A stretch of 56,488 nucleotides of DNA, taken from Nanobdellota archaeon. Its GTDB lineage: Archaea; Nanobdellota; Nanobdellia; Woesearchaeales; GCA-2686295. The notes beneath the pieces were generated by a model. That model saw only the letters and a program-made list of their open reading frames with translations, was not told the DNA's origin and did not search any database. This document shows, piece by piece, positions 31,401-38,924 of this stretch. Numbering within the stretch: position 1 is the first letter of the stretch; the number at the start of each line of letters is the position of its first letter. The stretch lies in assembly GCA_018819065.1 (NCBI GenBank), contig JAHJQL010000062.1:1-56488 (forward strand), in the 5' to 3' direction. A program made the translations under genes and the position numbers.

Positions 31401-32996
31401 AACAGCTGGACTAACAGCAATTATTGCAGCAATTACATGTGTAACACTAAGGATTACAACTGTTATTCAACAACTAACACCTGCGTAAATGGTGTTTGCA
31501 ACACAGATGTAGAGTATTACTGCAGCAACAACGCATGGATAAACACAACCACAACATACAAGACTAATTGTGGCTCAAAAGACTATGATTACGGCTGCCC
31601 TGTATGTATAGATGAAAAGTGCGACATTGATAATAATGTTTGGTGTGTGAATGACGTGTGGACTGATAATTATTATTGTGACGTCAACGCGTGCCAAGGA
31701 CAAGACTCTGACTGTGGATCTTTATGTAGTGGAGGACTGACTCCTGACAACTGTTGCAATCCATCCGGCTTTAATGTGTGTGACCCTGATTGTACAGAAC
31801 TACAAGATTCTGATTGTCATGGTTGTACAGCTGCACAAGGTGATTGCTGTGTACCTTTAGATGATGATAAGTGTGACCCTGACTGCACAGTCATACCTGA
31901 TCCAAACTGTGCACCAGGGTGGGTTTTCAACGTTGATAAAGATGCTCCTTCAAAGCCAAACATAACTATGTACGGCGCAAACATGCAAATTGATCCAAGC
32001 AACAGAACTGTTGTGAACAACGCTCCTCAAAGGTTTGAGTTGGATTACACAAGAAGGAATAATGGCAGCATTGAAACCTTGAACTTGACTACGCCTATTG
32101 TTGAGATGTTAACACCTGCAAATATAGGTGTGACTTGTCAAAACACATCCTTAAGGAATGTGTTCTCATGTACATTCAATAAGACTTTGACAGAAGGTTT
32201 ATACACATTTAACACTAGCGCCAGAAAATACTTGCAAAATGGCAGTCTCGGTGGTAGAGGAGTCCATTTATTCACAGTATTTGTTGATTTAAACGCTCCA
32301 CAGTTTAATTTAACTAAGAGCACTAGCTTCATCAAACCCAACCAGCAGCTAACACTATTTGCCAATGTTACAAACACTGAGTACGACTTGATTGCTGAAA
32401 TAACTGTTGCAGGTCAGCAGTTTAGTCTCAATTCAAGTTACAGAACTGGTAGTGTTTATCAATTCGTCACTCCAGCTGATTTAAACTGGGGCTCTGAAGG
32501 AGAAAAAACTATATTATTCATCTTAAAAGACTATGCTGACAGGTCAACTCAAAAAACTACTAGTGTGACAGTTGATAACTCAACACCAGACATTACTATC
32601 ACAAATATCATATCTGAAATGATAATTATAACTAATCAAACAAACGCGACTGTTGGAACCAATGATACGAACACAGCCCAGCTAAACGTCACAATATTTG
32701 GCATCGTGTCTGAAAACACTAAAACATTATGTTATTATCAAGTGGGAGAAGGAGGTGTGCCTGAATGCTTATTAAGGTGTAGTATTGCTGGAGCAGGAGA
32801 CAACTGTATAGATGAGAACAACCAGTTCGAATTCCAAATAATAATGAATGTTGTTGGTGAATATAGTCAAGAGATTTGGAAAACTGCCATTTTAAGTGCA
32901 GAGAATTATGTCGGGTTGACTTACAGCTCATCATTATACTTGCTTTTGGATTTGGCTGCGCCAACACCGCCTGATATCAGCATTGCTTCTTCATAA
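25464..32996 (+). CDS. giant (2510 aa) secreted Cys-rich surface protein
   Basis: Sec-type signal (FLIVFVLVLFFINSGSSYA-AGE). Cys-rich N-terminal ~480 aa. Carboxypeptidase-regulatory-like beta-sandwich segment (YGTVKDTSNNPILGAFVRVG...GHYRLTVP, about 25860-26050). Long beta-rich, sequon-rich middle. Cys-module array at 30738-31910. The stop overlaps the next start (TAATG). Confidence 0.85.
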   Translation: MVRLDSKWFLIVFVLVLFFINSGSSYAAGEGCCCFDLNSDPDDPHQLISQTVCTAFGGISFHPLIIDNGLCRNQCVPVCDVSKRSCEQAVTWCQCGTQLIDADSQYCCEMESQLFSSKDLCTDSCGSSTPTHLLYGTVKDTSNNPILGAFVRVGSGTPDPSTTTNLSGHYRLTVPQSLISVTAGKTPGFLSKTININFFTSQEYNFVLNASSTQTCGLPNKCCNSTQICVNSQGSLAQSLGARNCSVGWNCYENCSCVDISLPPEQCLPGCDHLHNSICAAGVKKNYNLNDPVQYTEYCAVCTGDAECINEPCLSIGVCDGLCSPNCDPDEDPDCGNSCNYGGSTSWCSGVGGFISPVSPPNYSALNTTIYCSHCTNPGHPETCPTTIIGSNTCQNSVWDAGREQCDNTSANPNGPCPSGETCVGCECKGNCTLREAPKDLFVKNVKRERKINLTWTLDDPLCNISISEQTIHRCKGLSTDCNVFPSTNFVSIKENIPNTTRQHNDTDNIENSTSYCYVVSAIYADGARRSSLPTCVGTGVGICMDYNTLYPSNPTSICYDNHTATCDDNNSINTITNCNPSAAPGRCVQYPDDAECKGDGNCLDCNSLYGMFSYFTLSETYSSENFLWVNYSFEGTAELRSCRLLTIDDNICYLDTTTTSVDEVDRCMNVTSCYDYKGEDACFSDNCHLNTCSWKSFNSETSLGVCTETSIDKQRCDLCTSDKNNVFPSCNKDLCETFGNCFYHKEILTNKFFCSKNSDINCEKYTDKKDCVNNSDVSFVINHSDNSNISTSQDFLGFGKCKWDNGKCYRDADDNSNTFPTTNIKRDCPTGDLVCMKDFGSPNTSLMVGTNFKSGARLRINYNVRDKNDYYLPNELTTKYCILNNTATETCGYTNSSSYVNATERIIKNEYEYKTGSNDDNYPQVLKYYSYDPAKNLEVVKTLNFNVDRKKPVLDNFSHTISSRLSNLNNENSWISDLNLSLTFHENVTCNISLEESGNIVRQLEKFSGVNTFNLSFFDLHDSNSYKLILDCFDDYNNPSINRSIDLRVEGDKSITNPLPFQERFNVTTVNISVETPNATGPVYCKYSTDNKKFADMSTPINIPVQHRFQGSFTASNNNKNHSAILILENSGVYLLYTACNISYRDPQGKEYFKVTEENFGDRILFSVDLLPPVTLVNTTYPTPENETSFEPYYQDITLKFKCADINRYRSDDNHLWYMNMYGWNGSFGCGKVFFCNVTEGQNDCFPLKKTDDPYTFSLRFSQPKMQNYTIKYYSVDAGGNAQATKSNIIKIDNILANLTMTLKKNGAIVSEVGYGDYVIDVASDKPIAAITKFELKKPAAFTDNVNAVIKTVDMGISATYIIPNNATSSKPKDKAFYNNNDGPLKFEVWIIDSHRLASSKTFNYTFDTRRPGTPTLDPIFKETNEEGYPFKYSYNSITLEDGTVYPAKTYFVRDSQLFVTGTTELSTNLGLVSLYLLKSEDPGLYQTNLKYNQTKQSNKGSAIETDSKQTTSDFSADKGATQIKLQGQHPNWAAGKYITFSKDVGRTTYNHFGKFYRITNNEFFGPQNQETRITFTPGLETSVGSNRDVYLYNESHMIYWFGINMNTDYKNPPDNNSYFLRAGLQNKNDFSALTISYNFFFDNKKPDIHLVTPAFGETLVNELQPLSIEIREDVVGSGVNKDTVNLSIKYNDGVESVYRVDTNGLLLSYVGVENNERRYQLNYTPSSPWGHGNYTIKLFLEDYAGNSYDDHGLLKSCYPSKDGCCNDAEDSVCDPDCGQDADGSYIFGKSDPDCPTNCNSTSGNCCLLLTDNICDDDCYDTWDVDCRCSIPGACDTTNNTWCYQGGWINKTSDGSKKYCDLDVCGNEDPDCFDCDKDHEGACNTLNNTWCHNVSGGYYWITEGYNLQCGPVDSDCLRLYTYTACTQNSCDVENQKVCSNSYWTNQNYSGLCKRNDFSFYECFAGDCDLFNNYVCLNTNSWTNSNYCSNYMCNTKDYNCYSTTNTCVNGVCNTDVEYYCSNNAWINTTTTYKTNCGSKDYDYGCPVCIDEKCDIDNNVWCVNDVWTDNYYCDVNACQGQDSDCGSLCSGGLTPDNCCNPSGFNVCDPDCTELQDSDCHGCTAAQGDCCVPLDDDKCDPDCTVIPDPNCAPGWVFNVDKDAPSKPNITMYGANMQIDPSNRTVVNNAPQRFELDYTRRNNGSIETLNLTTPIVEMLTPANIGVTCQNTSLRNVFSCTFNKTLTEGLYTFNTSARKYLQNGSLGGRGVHLFTVFVDLNAPQFNLTKSTSFIKPNQQLTLFANVTNTEYDLIAEITVAGQQFSLNSSYRTGSVYQFVTPADLNWGSEGEKTILFILKDYADRSTQKTTSVTVDNSTPDITITNIISEMIIITNQTNATVGTNDTNTAQLNVTIFGIVSENTKTLCYYQVGEGGVPECLLRCSIAGAGDNCIDENNQFEFQIIMNVVGEYSQEIWKTAILSAENYVGLTYSSSLYLLLDLAAPTPPDISIASS
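30738..31910 (+). repeat. protein-level Cys-module array inside the 2510-aa ORF
   Basis: Two CC-x6/7-CD[PD]DC...D[PV]DC units (CCNDAEDSVCDPDC..SDPDC; CCLLLTDNICDDDC..WDVDC). Then six ~35-aa units of the form C[DN]xxNNxWC...W[TI]Nx..YC....C...DxDC (e.g. GACDTTNNTWCYQGGWINKT..YCDLDVCGNEDPDC; EKCDIDNNVWCVNDVWTDNYYCDVNACQGQDSDC). Then two more CC..CDPDC units (CCNPSGFNVCDPDCTELQDSDC; CCVPLDDDKCDPDCTVIPDPNC). Confidence 0.8.
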
Positions 32997-35900
32997 TGAA
33001 GAAAATATTTTTTTTATTAGCATTAATAATACTAAGCAAGCTAGTTGCATCGCTAGTTTTTTATGATACAAAACCACTTTTAACAACAAACGAGTCTCGT
33101 CCAAACATAATAGTTTCTTACAATGAAAGTGTAACAATAAGTGGCTACAACTTCACAAAAGAAGGTGTTAATTATCAGCTTGCAAAAACAACTTCCGACA
33201 ATAAAGTGTTTTATTTTACCTCTAATAACCGATTAGGAGAAGGACTTTATAATTTCACTATAAGTGCAAAAGATCTTATAGGCAACAAACGAGTAGTTTA
33301 CCAGCCAATACAAATCAATCCCCCTTACATGAAGATTTGGGTTTCCTCGCCGCCTCATGGAGCTTCCAGCACTGCCCCTTTTGACGCTGTCATTGCAAGT
33401 GAAGATGACGCTGTTTGCAGATATGCATTTACTGATAATGGAATTAATTTTAACATGTACAGTTACACGTTTAATCCTGAAAGTCCAAGGCAACATACTA
33501 TTCTGGGTGTTACAAATCCACCCATAGAACTATTCTTGGTATCTCCTGATAGTGGTGCGCGATACAAAAACATATATGTTGCGTGCAACGACACATCAGG
33601 CATTATACACCCTGGAAATGTTACTTTGCAATACGACCCAACACTGCCAGAAATAACCCAAATCTTAAATCCTGTAACTGTTAATGATGTTGAAAGCCCT
33701 TTTGCAACACTAAACATAACAACAAACGACCGGACTATTTGCAGCTATAAAGAAAATGGTGTTGTAAACAACTTTCCAGGATATAACCCGGCTGATATTT
33801 CAACTTACAAAAAAAACCACGGACAATACTTGAATTTTTCATCACTGGCCAAAAGACCAATTCCTCACAAATTCAATGTGGAAACTTTTGAGTATGAAGT
33901 AACTTGCACAAACCTTGCAAGTCTAAGTACAACCGCTCAAAAAGTCATATTAACTGTTGCTTTTGAAGAATCATTCAGCATTCAAATGAGCAGACCAAAG
34001 CCAATTACAAATGCAAACCCCGTTTTTTTTGAGATAAAAACTAGTGTACAAACACCTGGTGGTTGCAAATACGCTCAAGGAACAAATAGTGTTTGGGATA
34101 AAAGTTTTACCAGCAATATAGCAAATCAAGTGTATATAGTTAGTCTTGGAGCTTTAAATGAAGGAATACACCAATATGAGGTTATGTGCACTTCTAGTTA
34201 TGATACTAAAACTAATAATTTCACATTCAGAGTTGACAAGACTCCACCTCAAAACGTCACATTGACTGTTAATGACCCTTCTTGTTCTTTGACAAAGGTT
34301 GAAGGAGTGGTAACTGCTGTTGATAACCACCAAATAGATTATTATAGTTACACTGTGACAAATGAGAATAACACGCTGGTTGCAAATGGCAATACTACTA
34401 ACGGGATTATATCTAAGAGTGTTAACTTGGCTGAAAATACAACTTACAGGGTTAATGCTAAAGCTATTGACAAGGCTGGAAACGCGGCTGATGCTCCTGC
34501 TGTCACGTTCTTGGCTGCTAGCAACACAGGCATCGTTTGTGACAAAACTAAACCAACAACGAGCATCTCAGTAAATCAGACTATTGACGGTGCAAAAGTC
34601 AAGGTTAATTGTCTTGATTCGGGCTCTGGCTGTAAAGACCGGTTTGATTATGGACTGTCCAATCAGTCAAACAATTGTGCATTATCAAACGGGCACAACT
34701 TAAATGAATCAGTATTGTTAATTCAAAATAGTTATTTCTGCTGGACTGTCTATGATTTAAACAATAATAATGCGAGCGGAGTACAACTCGTAACTTATAA
34801 TCTGCATTGCTTTAATGAAATAAATGATCAGGGTGAAACAGGAATAGACTGCGGAGGACCATGCCCTGCTTGTGATGAAAATGCATCTTGTACAAACAAT
34901 TCTGATTGTATAAGTAAGAACTGTCAAAACGGTGTTTGTGTTGCTGCCAATTGCACTGATGGTATAAAGAATCAGGGAGAAACAGGAATAGACTGCGGAG
35001 GACCATGCACATCATGCAACCTACCACCACACTGCACAAACAACATACTAGACTTTGACGAAGAAAGAATAGACTGCGGAGGAATAGAATGCAACCCATG
35101 CACAGAACTACCACCACACTGCACAAACAACATACTAGACTTTGACGAAGAAAGAATAGACTGCGGAGGAATAGAATGCAACCCATGCACAGAACTACCA
35201 CCACACTGCACAAACAACATACTAGACTTTGACGAAAGCGACATCGACTGCGGAGGACTAGAATGTAACCCATGCACAATAGGAGACACATGCAACAACA
35301 ACTCAGACTGCGACAGCAGAATATGCACAAACGGAATATGCACACAAGCAAGCTGCACTGACTTAATACAAAACCAAGGAGAAACAGGAATAGACTGCGG
35401 AGGACCAAACTGCGCAGAGTGCGACCCAGCAATAAAACTAATAAATCCTCCGTTTGGTGTTTCTAAAACAAGGAAATTTGATTTTAAAATACAAACAATT
35501 GACATTGCAACCTGCAGATATGCATGGGATAACTATCCAAACTTTGATCAGTACATTCCTATGAGTGGAGTACAATATATTCATGAGAAAAAAGATTTTG
35601 AACTGGGCGACTTATCTGAAGTTGATTATCCAATCTATGTCAAGTGCAAATTAGAAGATCAAACAATTATTAGTAAGACATTCTTATTATCATGGGACCC
35701 AACACCACCAATCATAACTGACGCGTATCTTGACCACAGTGATGGAAAAGAGCCACCCACAATAACAGATTACCCACTTAATACAAACATAATAATAAAA
35801 ACAGATGACGACACTAGATGCAGATATTCCGAAAACGAAAACACCGCATTTGCTTCGATGACGAAGTTTAACGGATATGATACTACACCATTATTCAGCA

Positions 35901-38869
35901 ATACAAATACTGAGTTATTCAACAACCTACAAAACAAGAGAACATACAATTATTACTTCCAGTGTGAAAATGGAGCTGGAGACGCTTCATCAAAAAGAAA
36001 AGTTGAGTTCAAAGTTGATACTGACGCAGCATCTGAAATAACAATACTAGAACCAACGAAGAAAATAAGCACTGCCAATGTTAAATTCAAAATAAAAACC
36101 AACAAGCAATCCTCAAATTGCAAATACGGAAGTACACAACCAGCAACAACTGCTATGACTAAAGTTGACTCTTACAATTTTGAATCAAATATAATCTCCC
36201 TGCCTGAAAAAGAACACACTTACTATTTTGAATGTCTAACCACAAGTGGACCGGCAAAAGAGAGCTACACGTTCACAGTAGACTTATCACCACCAACAAC
36301 ACCTGTTGTAGATGATGGAATAATGTCTGTATCAACAACGAACTTAGCAGCGAAATGGGAATCAATCGATTCATTAAGTGACATAACATTGTATTCATAC
36401 GCTATTGGTTCAAGCAAAGGAAATATTAACATAAAAAATTGGACAAACACCATTGATAGCACAACCACAGCAACCCAACTCAGACTCGTTAATAAAGAAA
36501 CATATTACTGGGCTGTAAAGGCAAAAAATGAGCTTGGTCTGTGGAGTCTCATAGGTCTCAGCAATGGTGTAATCATTAACATTTCAGAGTCAGCTCCTGA
36601 ACATTGCTCAAATGGAGAGTTAGACGCTGATGAAGCAAGGATTGACTGTGGAGGAAACGACTGTGTGGCGTGTCCGCCTATCGCAGATCATTGTTCAAAC
36701 AACATCAAGGATTCAGATGAAGAAGATGTTGATTGCGGTGGCTATGATTGTAGAGCGTGTGATATAGGAAAAGAGTGCACAAATAATTCTGGTTGTATCA
36801 GTAGAAAATGTATTAACAATGTTTGTGTACCTTCTACATGCGATGACGGAATTCAAAATCAGGGAGAACTAGATGTTGACTGTGAGGGACCTTGCCTATT
36901 GAAGTGCTCTATTGACGAACATTGCAGCAATGAAATACGTGACTTTGACGAAGAAAGAGTAGACTGCGGAGGAAATGACTGTGGTATCTGTCCTGACTTA
37001 CCCGCACATTGCAAGAATAATATTAAAGATTTGGATGAAACAGATTTGGATTGTGGTGGAAAAGACTGTAATCCATGTACTCCGGGAAAACAATGTACAA
37101 TCAACTCAGAATGTACAAGCAATTTATGCATTGATTATATTTGCACTCAACCTGTTTGCTTTGATGGTGTTCAGAACCAAGGAGAAACGGATGTAGACTG
37201 TGGAGGACCATGTGGTTCATGTGATGCGTTACATTGTTTTAACAAGATACTTGACTTTGACGAACAAAGAGTAGACTGTGGAGGAAACGACTGTTCTGCT
37301 TGCCCTCAACCACCACCAGCACACTGCCTAAACGGAATACAAGATCTAGATGAAGGAAGCACTGACTGCGGAGGATTAGACTGTGACCCTTGCGAAGGAG
37401 GCAAAACCTGCTATGTAAACTCTGATTGTGATAGTAGATTATGCATTGATGGAATATGTAAAAGCGCAACGTGTGAAGATGTAATACAAAACCAAGGAGA
37501 AACAGGAATAGACTGCGGAGGCATAAATTGTAATGGTTGCTCAATAGGCTTTGCTTGTCAAAAGAATTCTGACTGTTTATCAAATAAGTGTTCTAGTGGA
37601 TTATGCATTGAGAATGAAGATCTTGACTCTGATGGTGATGGAATGCCAGATGACTGGGAAATACTTTATGGACTAGACCCAAACGATCCAACAGATGCTA
37701 ACGGAGATCTTGATGGTGACGGCTTTACAAACTTAGAAGAGTACCTTGCAGGAACAGACCCAACAGATCCAAACAGTTACCCTCAAGATTCTGATGGTGA
37801 TGGAATGCCTGATTATTGGGAGAATAAGTATGGTTTGAATCCAAATGACCCTTCTGATGCAAATAAGGATCTTGATGGTGATGGCTTTACAAACTTAGAA
37901 GAATACCTTGCAGGAACAGACCCAACAGATCCAAATAGTTATCCTCAAGGTAAATCTAACTTGCTTGCTTGGATATTCATCATTTTAGGAGTCTTGCTTG
38001 CTGGTGGAGGAAGTTTATATTTGTTTGTCATAAAGAAGAATTTGACTATAAAACAAGCGATTAATGTCAGTCCTTCAGATGAATTGGTCGGTCATGAAAA
38101 GTCTTTGAGTCTAAAGTCTAGAATTTTAACTCAAAAAGACAAGGCTTTAATCGCTGCTCAAAATTTATTTAGGAGAAGGGTAAGAGCGCAGAAAAAGGAA
38201 AGAAAGAAAGTACTAAGCGAATTCAAAGAGGAAGAAGATACTGCTAAGCCTTTAGAAAATAAAGAACTTTTAAGAACAACAATTACTCGACCAACTAAGA
38301 AGCAAGAAAAGTCTAAAGAACCACTTGAAAAAATTGTTGAACAAGAAGAGGAAGCGCCTGATGAGAAGAAGAGTGAAGGTGATGTTTTTAAGGAATTAGA
38401 AGAGATGAGCAAAGGGATTAGCGATGAAGAGACTCAAGAGGAAGCACCTTTGAAAAAAAGTGTTTCTAAGGACAAAAAGAGTGGTAAGCAAAGAAAAGCC
38501 AAACAAGATGATGAAGGATTCATAGACTTAACGAAAGAAAACATTTCTGATGAAGATGATGATGACGAAACAAATGATGTGTTTAAGAAGCTTGCTGACA
38601 TGACTGATAATTCTCATGAGGATGTGAAAAAAGCGATAAAGAAGGATGATGTTACAAGTGATGATGTGTTAAAAGTGTTTGAGGATGTGGAGTCAAAGGA
38701 TGATATAGACCCTGACGTCTTAAAAGATGCTATGTCTGTGCTTCTTAAAAAAGGCCACTTAACAGGGCAGATAGTCGCTGAGGTGTTGTTTGGATTCTTA
38801 GACCGTAACCTTCTAACTAAAAAAGATGTGTCTGACATCTTAAAAGAGTTAGATCTTGCCAAGAAGTAA
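32996..38869 (+). CDS. giant (1957 aa) type-I membrane-anchored surface protein with Ig/FN3-like modules, Cys-knot repeats, TSP3-like Ca-binding repeats and a ~280-aa cytoplasmic tail
   Basis: Signal peptide MKKIFFLLALIILSKLVAS. Repeated ~100-aa modules each carry a C[RK]Y motif (AVCRYAF, GGCKYAQ, ATCRYAW, TRCRYSE, SNCKYGS). FN3-like segment at about 36290-36580. Two arrays of DCGG Cys modules. Two DxDxDG repeats. TM helix LLAWIFIILGVLLAGGGSLYLFVI (about 37960-38030). K/E/D-rich tail to the stop. Confidence 0.85.
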   Translation: MKKIFFLLALIILSKLVASLVFYDTKPLLTTNESRPNIIVSYNESVTISGYNFTKEGVNYQLAKTTSDNKVFYFTSNNRLGEGLYNFTISAKDLIGNKRVVYQPIQINPPYMKIWVSSPPHGASSTAPFDAVIASEDDAVCRYAFTDNGINFNMYSYTFNPESPRQHTILGVTNPPIELFLVSPDSGARYKNIYVACNDTSGIIHPGNVTLQYDPTLPEITQILNPVTVNDVESPFATLNITTNDRTICSYKENGVVNNFPGYNPADISTYKKNHGQYLNFSSLAKRPIPHKFNVETFEYEVTCTNLASLSTTAQKVILTVAFEESFSIQMSRPKPITNANPVFFEIKTSVQTPGGCKYAQGTNSVWDKSFTSNIANQVYIVSLGALNEGIHQYEVMCTSSYDTKTNNFTFRVDKTPPQNVTLTVNDPSCSLTKVEGVVTAVDNHQIDYYSYTVTNENNTLVANGNTTNGIISKSVNLAENTTYRVNAKAIDKAGNAADAPAVTFLAASNTGIVCDKTKPTTSISVNQTIDGAKVKVNCLDSGSGCKDRFDYGLSNQSNNCALSNGHNLNESVLLIQNSYFCWTVYDLNNNNASGVQLVTYNLHCFNEINDQGETGIDCGGPCPACDENASCTNNSDCISKNCQNGVCVAANCTDGIKNQGETGIDCGGPCTSCNLPPHCTNNILDFDEERIDCGGIECNPCTELPPHCTNNILDFDEERIDCGGIECNPCTELPPHCTNNILDFDESDIDCGGLECNPCTIGDTCNNNSDCDSRICTNGICTQASCTDLIQNQGETGIDCGGPNCAECDPAIKLINPPFGVSKTRKFDFKIQTIDIATCRYAWDNYPNFDQYIPMSGVQYIHEKKDFELGDLSEVDYPIYVKCKLEDQTIISKTFLLSWDPTPPIITDAYLDHSDGKEPPTITDYPLNTNIIIKTDDDTRCRYSENENTAFASMTKFNGYDTTPLFSNTNTELFNNLQNKRTYNYYFQCENGAGDASSKRKVEFKVDTDAASEITILEPTKKISTANVKFKIKTNKQSSNCKYGSTQPATTAMTKVDSYNFESNIISLPEKEHTYYFECLTTSGPAKESYTFTVDLSPPTTPVVDDGIMSVSTTNLAAKWESIDSLSDITLYSYAIGSSKGNINIKNWTNTIDSTTTATQLRLVNKETYYWAVKAKNELGLWSLIGLSNGVIINISESAPEHCSNGELDADEARIDCGGNDCVACPPIADHCSNNIKDSDEEDVDCGGYDCRACDIGKECTNNSGCISRKCINNVCVPSTCDDGIQNQGELDVDCEGPCLLKCSIDEHCSNEIRDFDEERVDCGGNDCGICPDLPAHCKNNIKDLDETDLDCGGKDCNPCTPGKQCTINSECTSNLCIDYICTQPVCFDGVQNQGETDVDCGGPCGSCDALHCFNKILDFDEQRVDCGGNDCSACPQPPPAHCLNGIQDLDEGSTDCGGLDCDPCEGGKTCYVNSDCDSRLCIDGICKSATCEDVIQNQGETGIDCGGINCNGCSIGFACQKNSDCLSNKCSSGLCIENEDLDSDGDGMPDDWEILYGLDPNDPTDANGDLDGDGFTNLEEYLAGTDPTDPNSYPQDSDGDGMPDYWENKYGLNPNDPSDANKDLDGDGFTNLEEYLAGTDPTDPNSYPQGKSNLLAWIFIILGVLLAGGGSLYLFVIKKNLTIKQAINVSPSDELVGHEKSLSLKSRILTQKDKALIAAQNLFRRRVRAQKKERKKVLSEFKEEEDTAKPLENKELLRTTITRPTKKQEKSKEPLEKIVEQEEEAPDEKKSEGDVFKELEEMSKGISDEETQEEAPLKKSVSKDKKSGKQRKAKQDDEGFIDLTKENISDEDDDDETNDVFKKLADMTDNSHEDVKKAIKKDDVTSDDVLKVFEDVESKDDIDPDVLKDAMSVLLKKGHLTGQIVAEVLFGFLDRNLLTKKDVSDILKELDLAKK
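34808..35422 (+). repeat. DCGG Cys-module array 1 (protein level)
   Basis: Six units of C.N....[DG]E..IDCGG..C..C (e.g. CFNEINDQGETGIDCGGPCPAC; HCTNNILDFDEERIDCGGIECNPC). They are interleaved with two units of C.NNSDC.S..C.NG.C. Confidence 0.85.
35021..35281 (+). repeat. 87-bp in-frame tandem repeat: 2 perfect copies plus a third diverged copy
   Basis: Copies start at 35021, 35108 and 35195. Copies 1 and 2 are identical over all 87 nt (LPPHCTNNILDFDEERIDCGGIECNPCTE). Copy 3 is identical for the first 42 nt and then diverges (..DESDIDCGGLECNPCT). Confidence 0.95.
36605..37606 (+). repeat. DCGG Cys-module array 2 (protein level)
   Basis: Nine DCGG-type units and four C..NS.C.S..C....C units. 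They are arranged as a recurring super-unit: [D.DE unit][D.DE unit][NS.C unit][NQGE unit]. Confidence 0.85.
37625..37948 (+). repeat. 162-bp (54-aa) tandem duplication encoding thrombospondin-type-3-like Ca-binding repeats
   Basis: DSDGDGMPDDWEILYGLDPNDPTDANGDLDGDGFTNLEEYLAGTDPTDPNSYPQ followed by DSDGDGMPDYWENKYGLNPNDPSDANKDLDGDGFTNLEEYLAGTDPTDPNSYPQ. The 3' halves are nearly identical at the nucleotide level. Confidence 0.9.
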
Positions 38870-38892
38870 ATCTACAAAAAAAAATCATAAGT

Positions 38893-38900
38893 TTTAAATC
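38893..38900 (+). promoter_or_regulatory. TATA-like box upstream of the pilin-like gene run
   Basis: TTTAAATC about 30 nt upstream of the ATG at 38925. Confidence 0.4.
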
Positions 38901-38924
38901 TATTAAAGTTTTTAGATGTTATAA

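Noticed and set aside
34812-35505. Two long minus-strand ORFs (34812..35432 and 34972..35505) inside the 1957-aa gene
   Set aside because: They lie antisense to the DCGG repeat array. Their open frames and repetitive Cys/Leu/Ser-rich products are by-products of the repeated plus-strand codons. They have no start context or promoter, and the plus-strand ORF is continuous for 5.9 kb.
35021-37948. Diversity-generating retroelement (template/variable repeat pair) acting on the giant adhesin
   Set aside because: No reverse transcriptase ORF is in the window. The 87-bp copies are identical, and the differences between the 162-bp copies are not adenine-specific.
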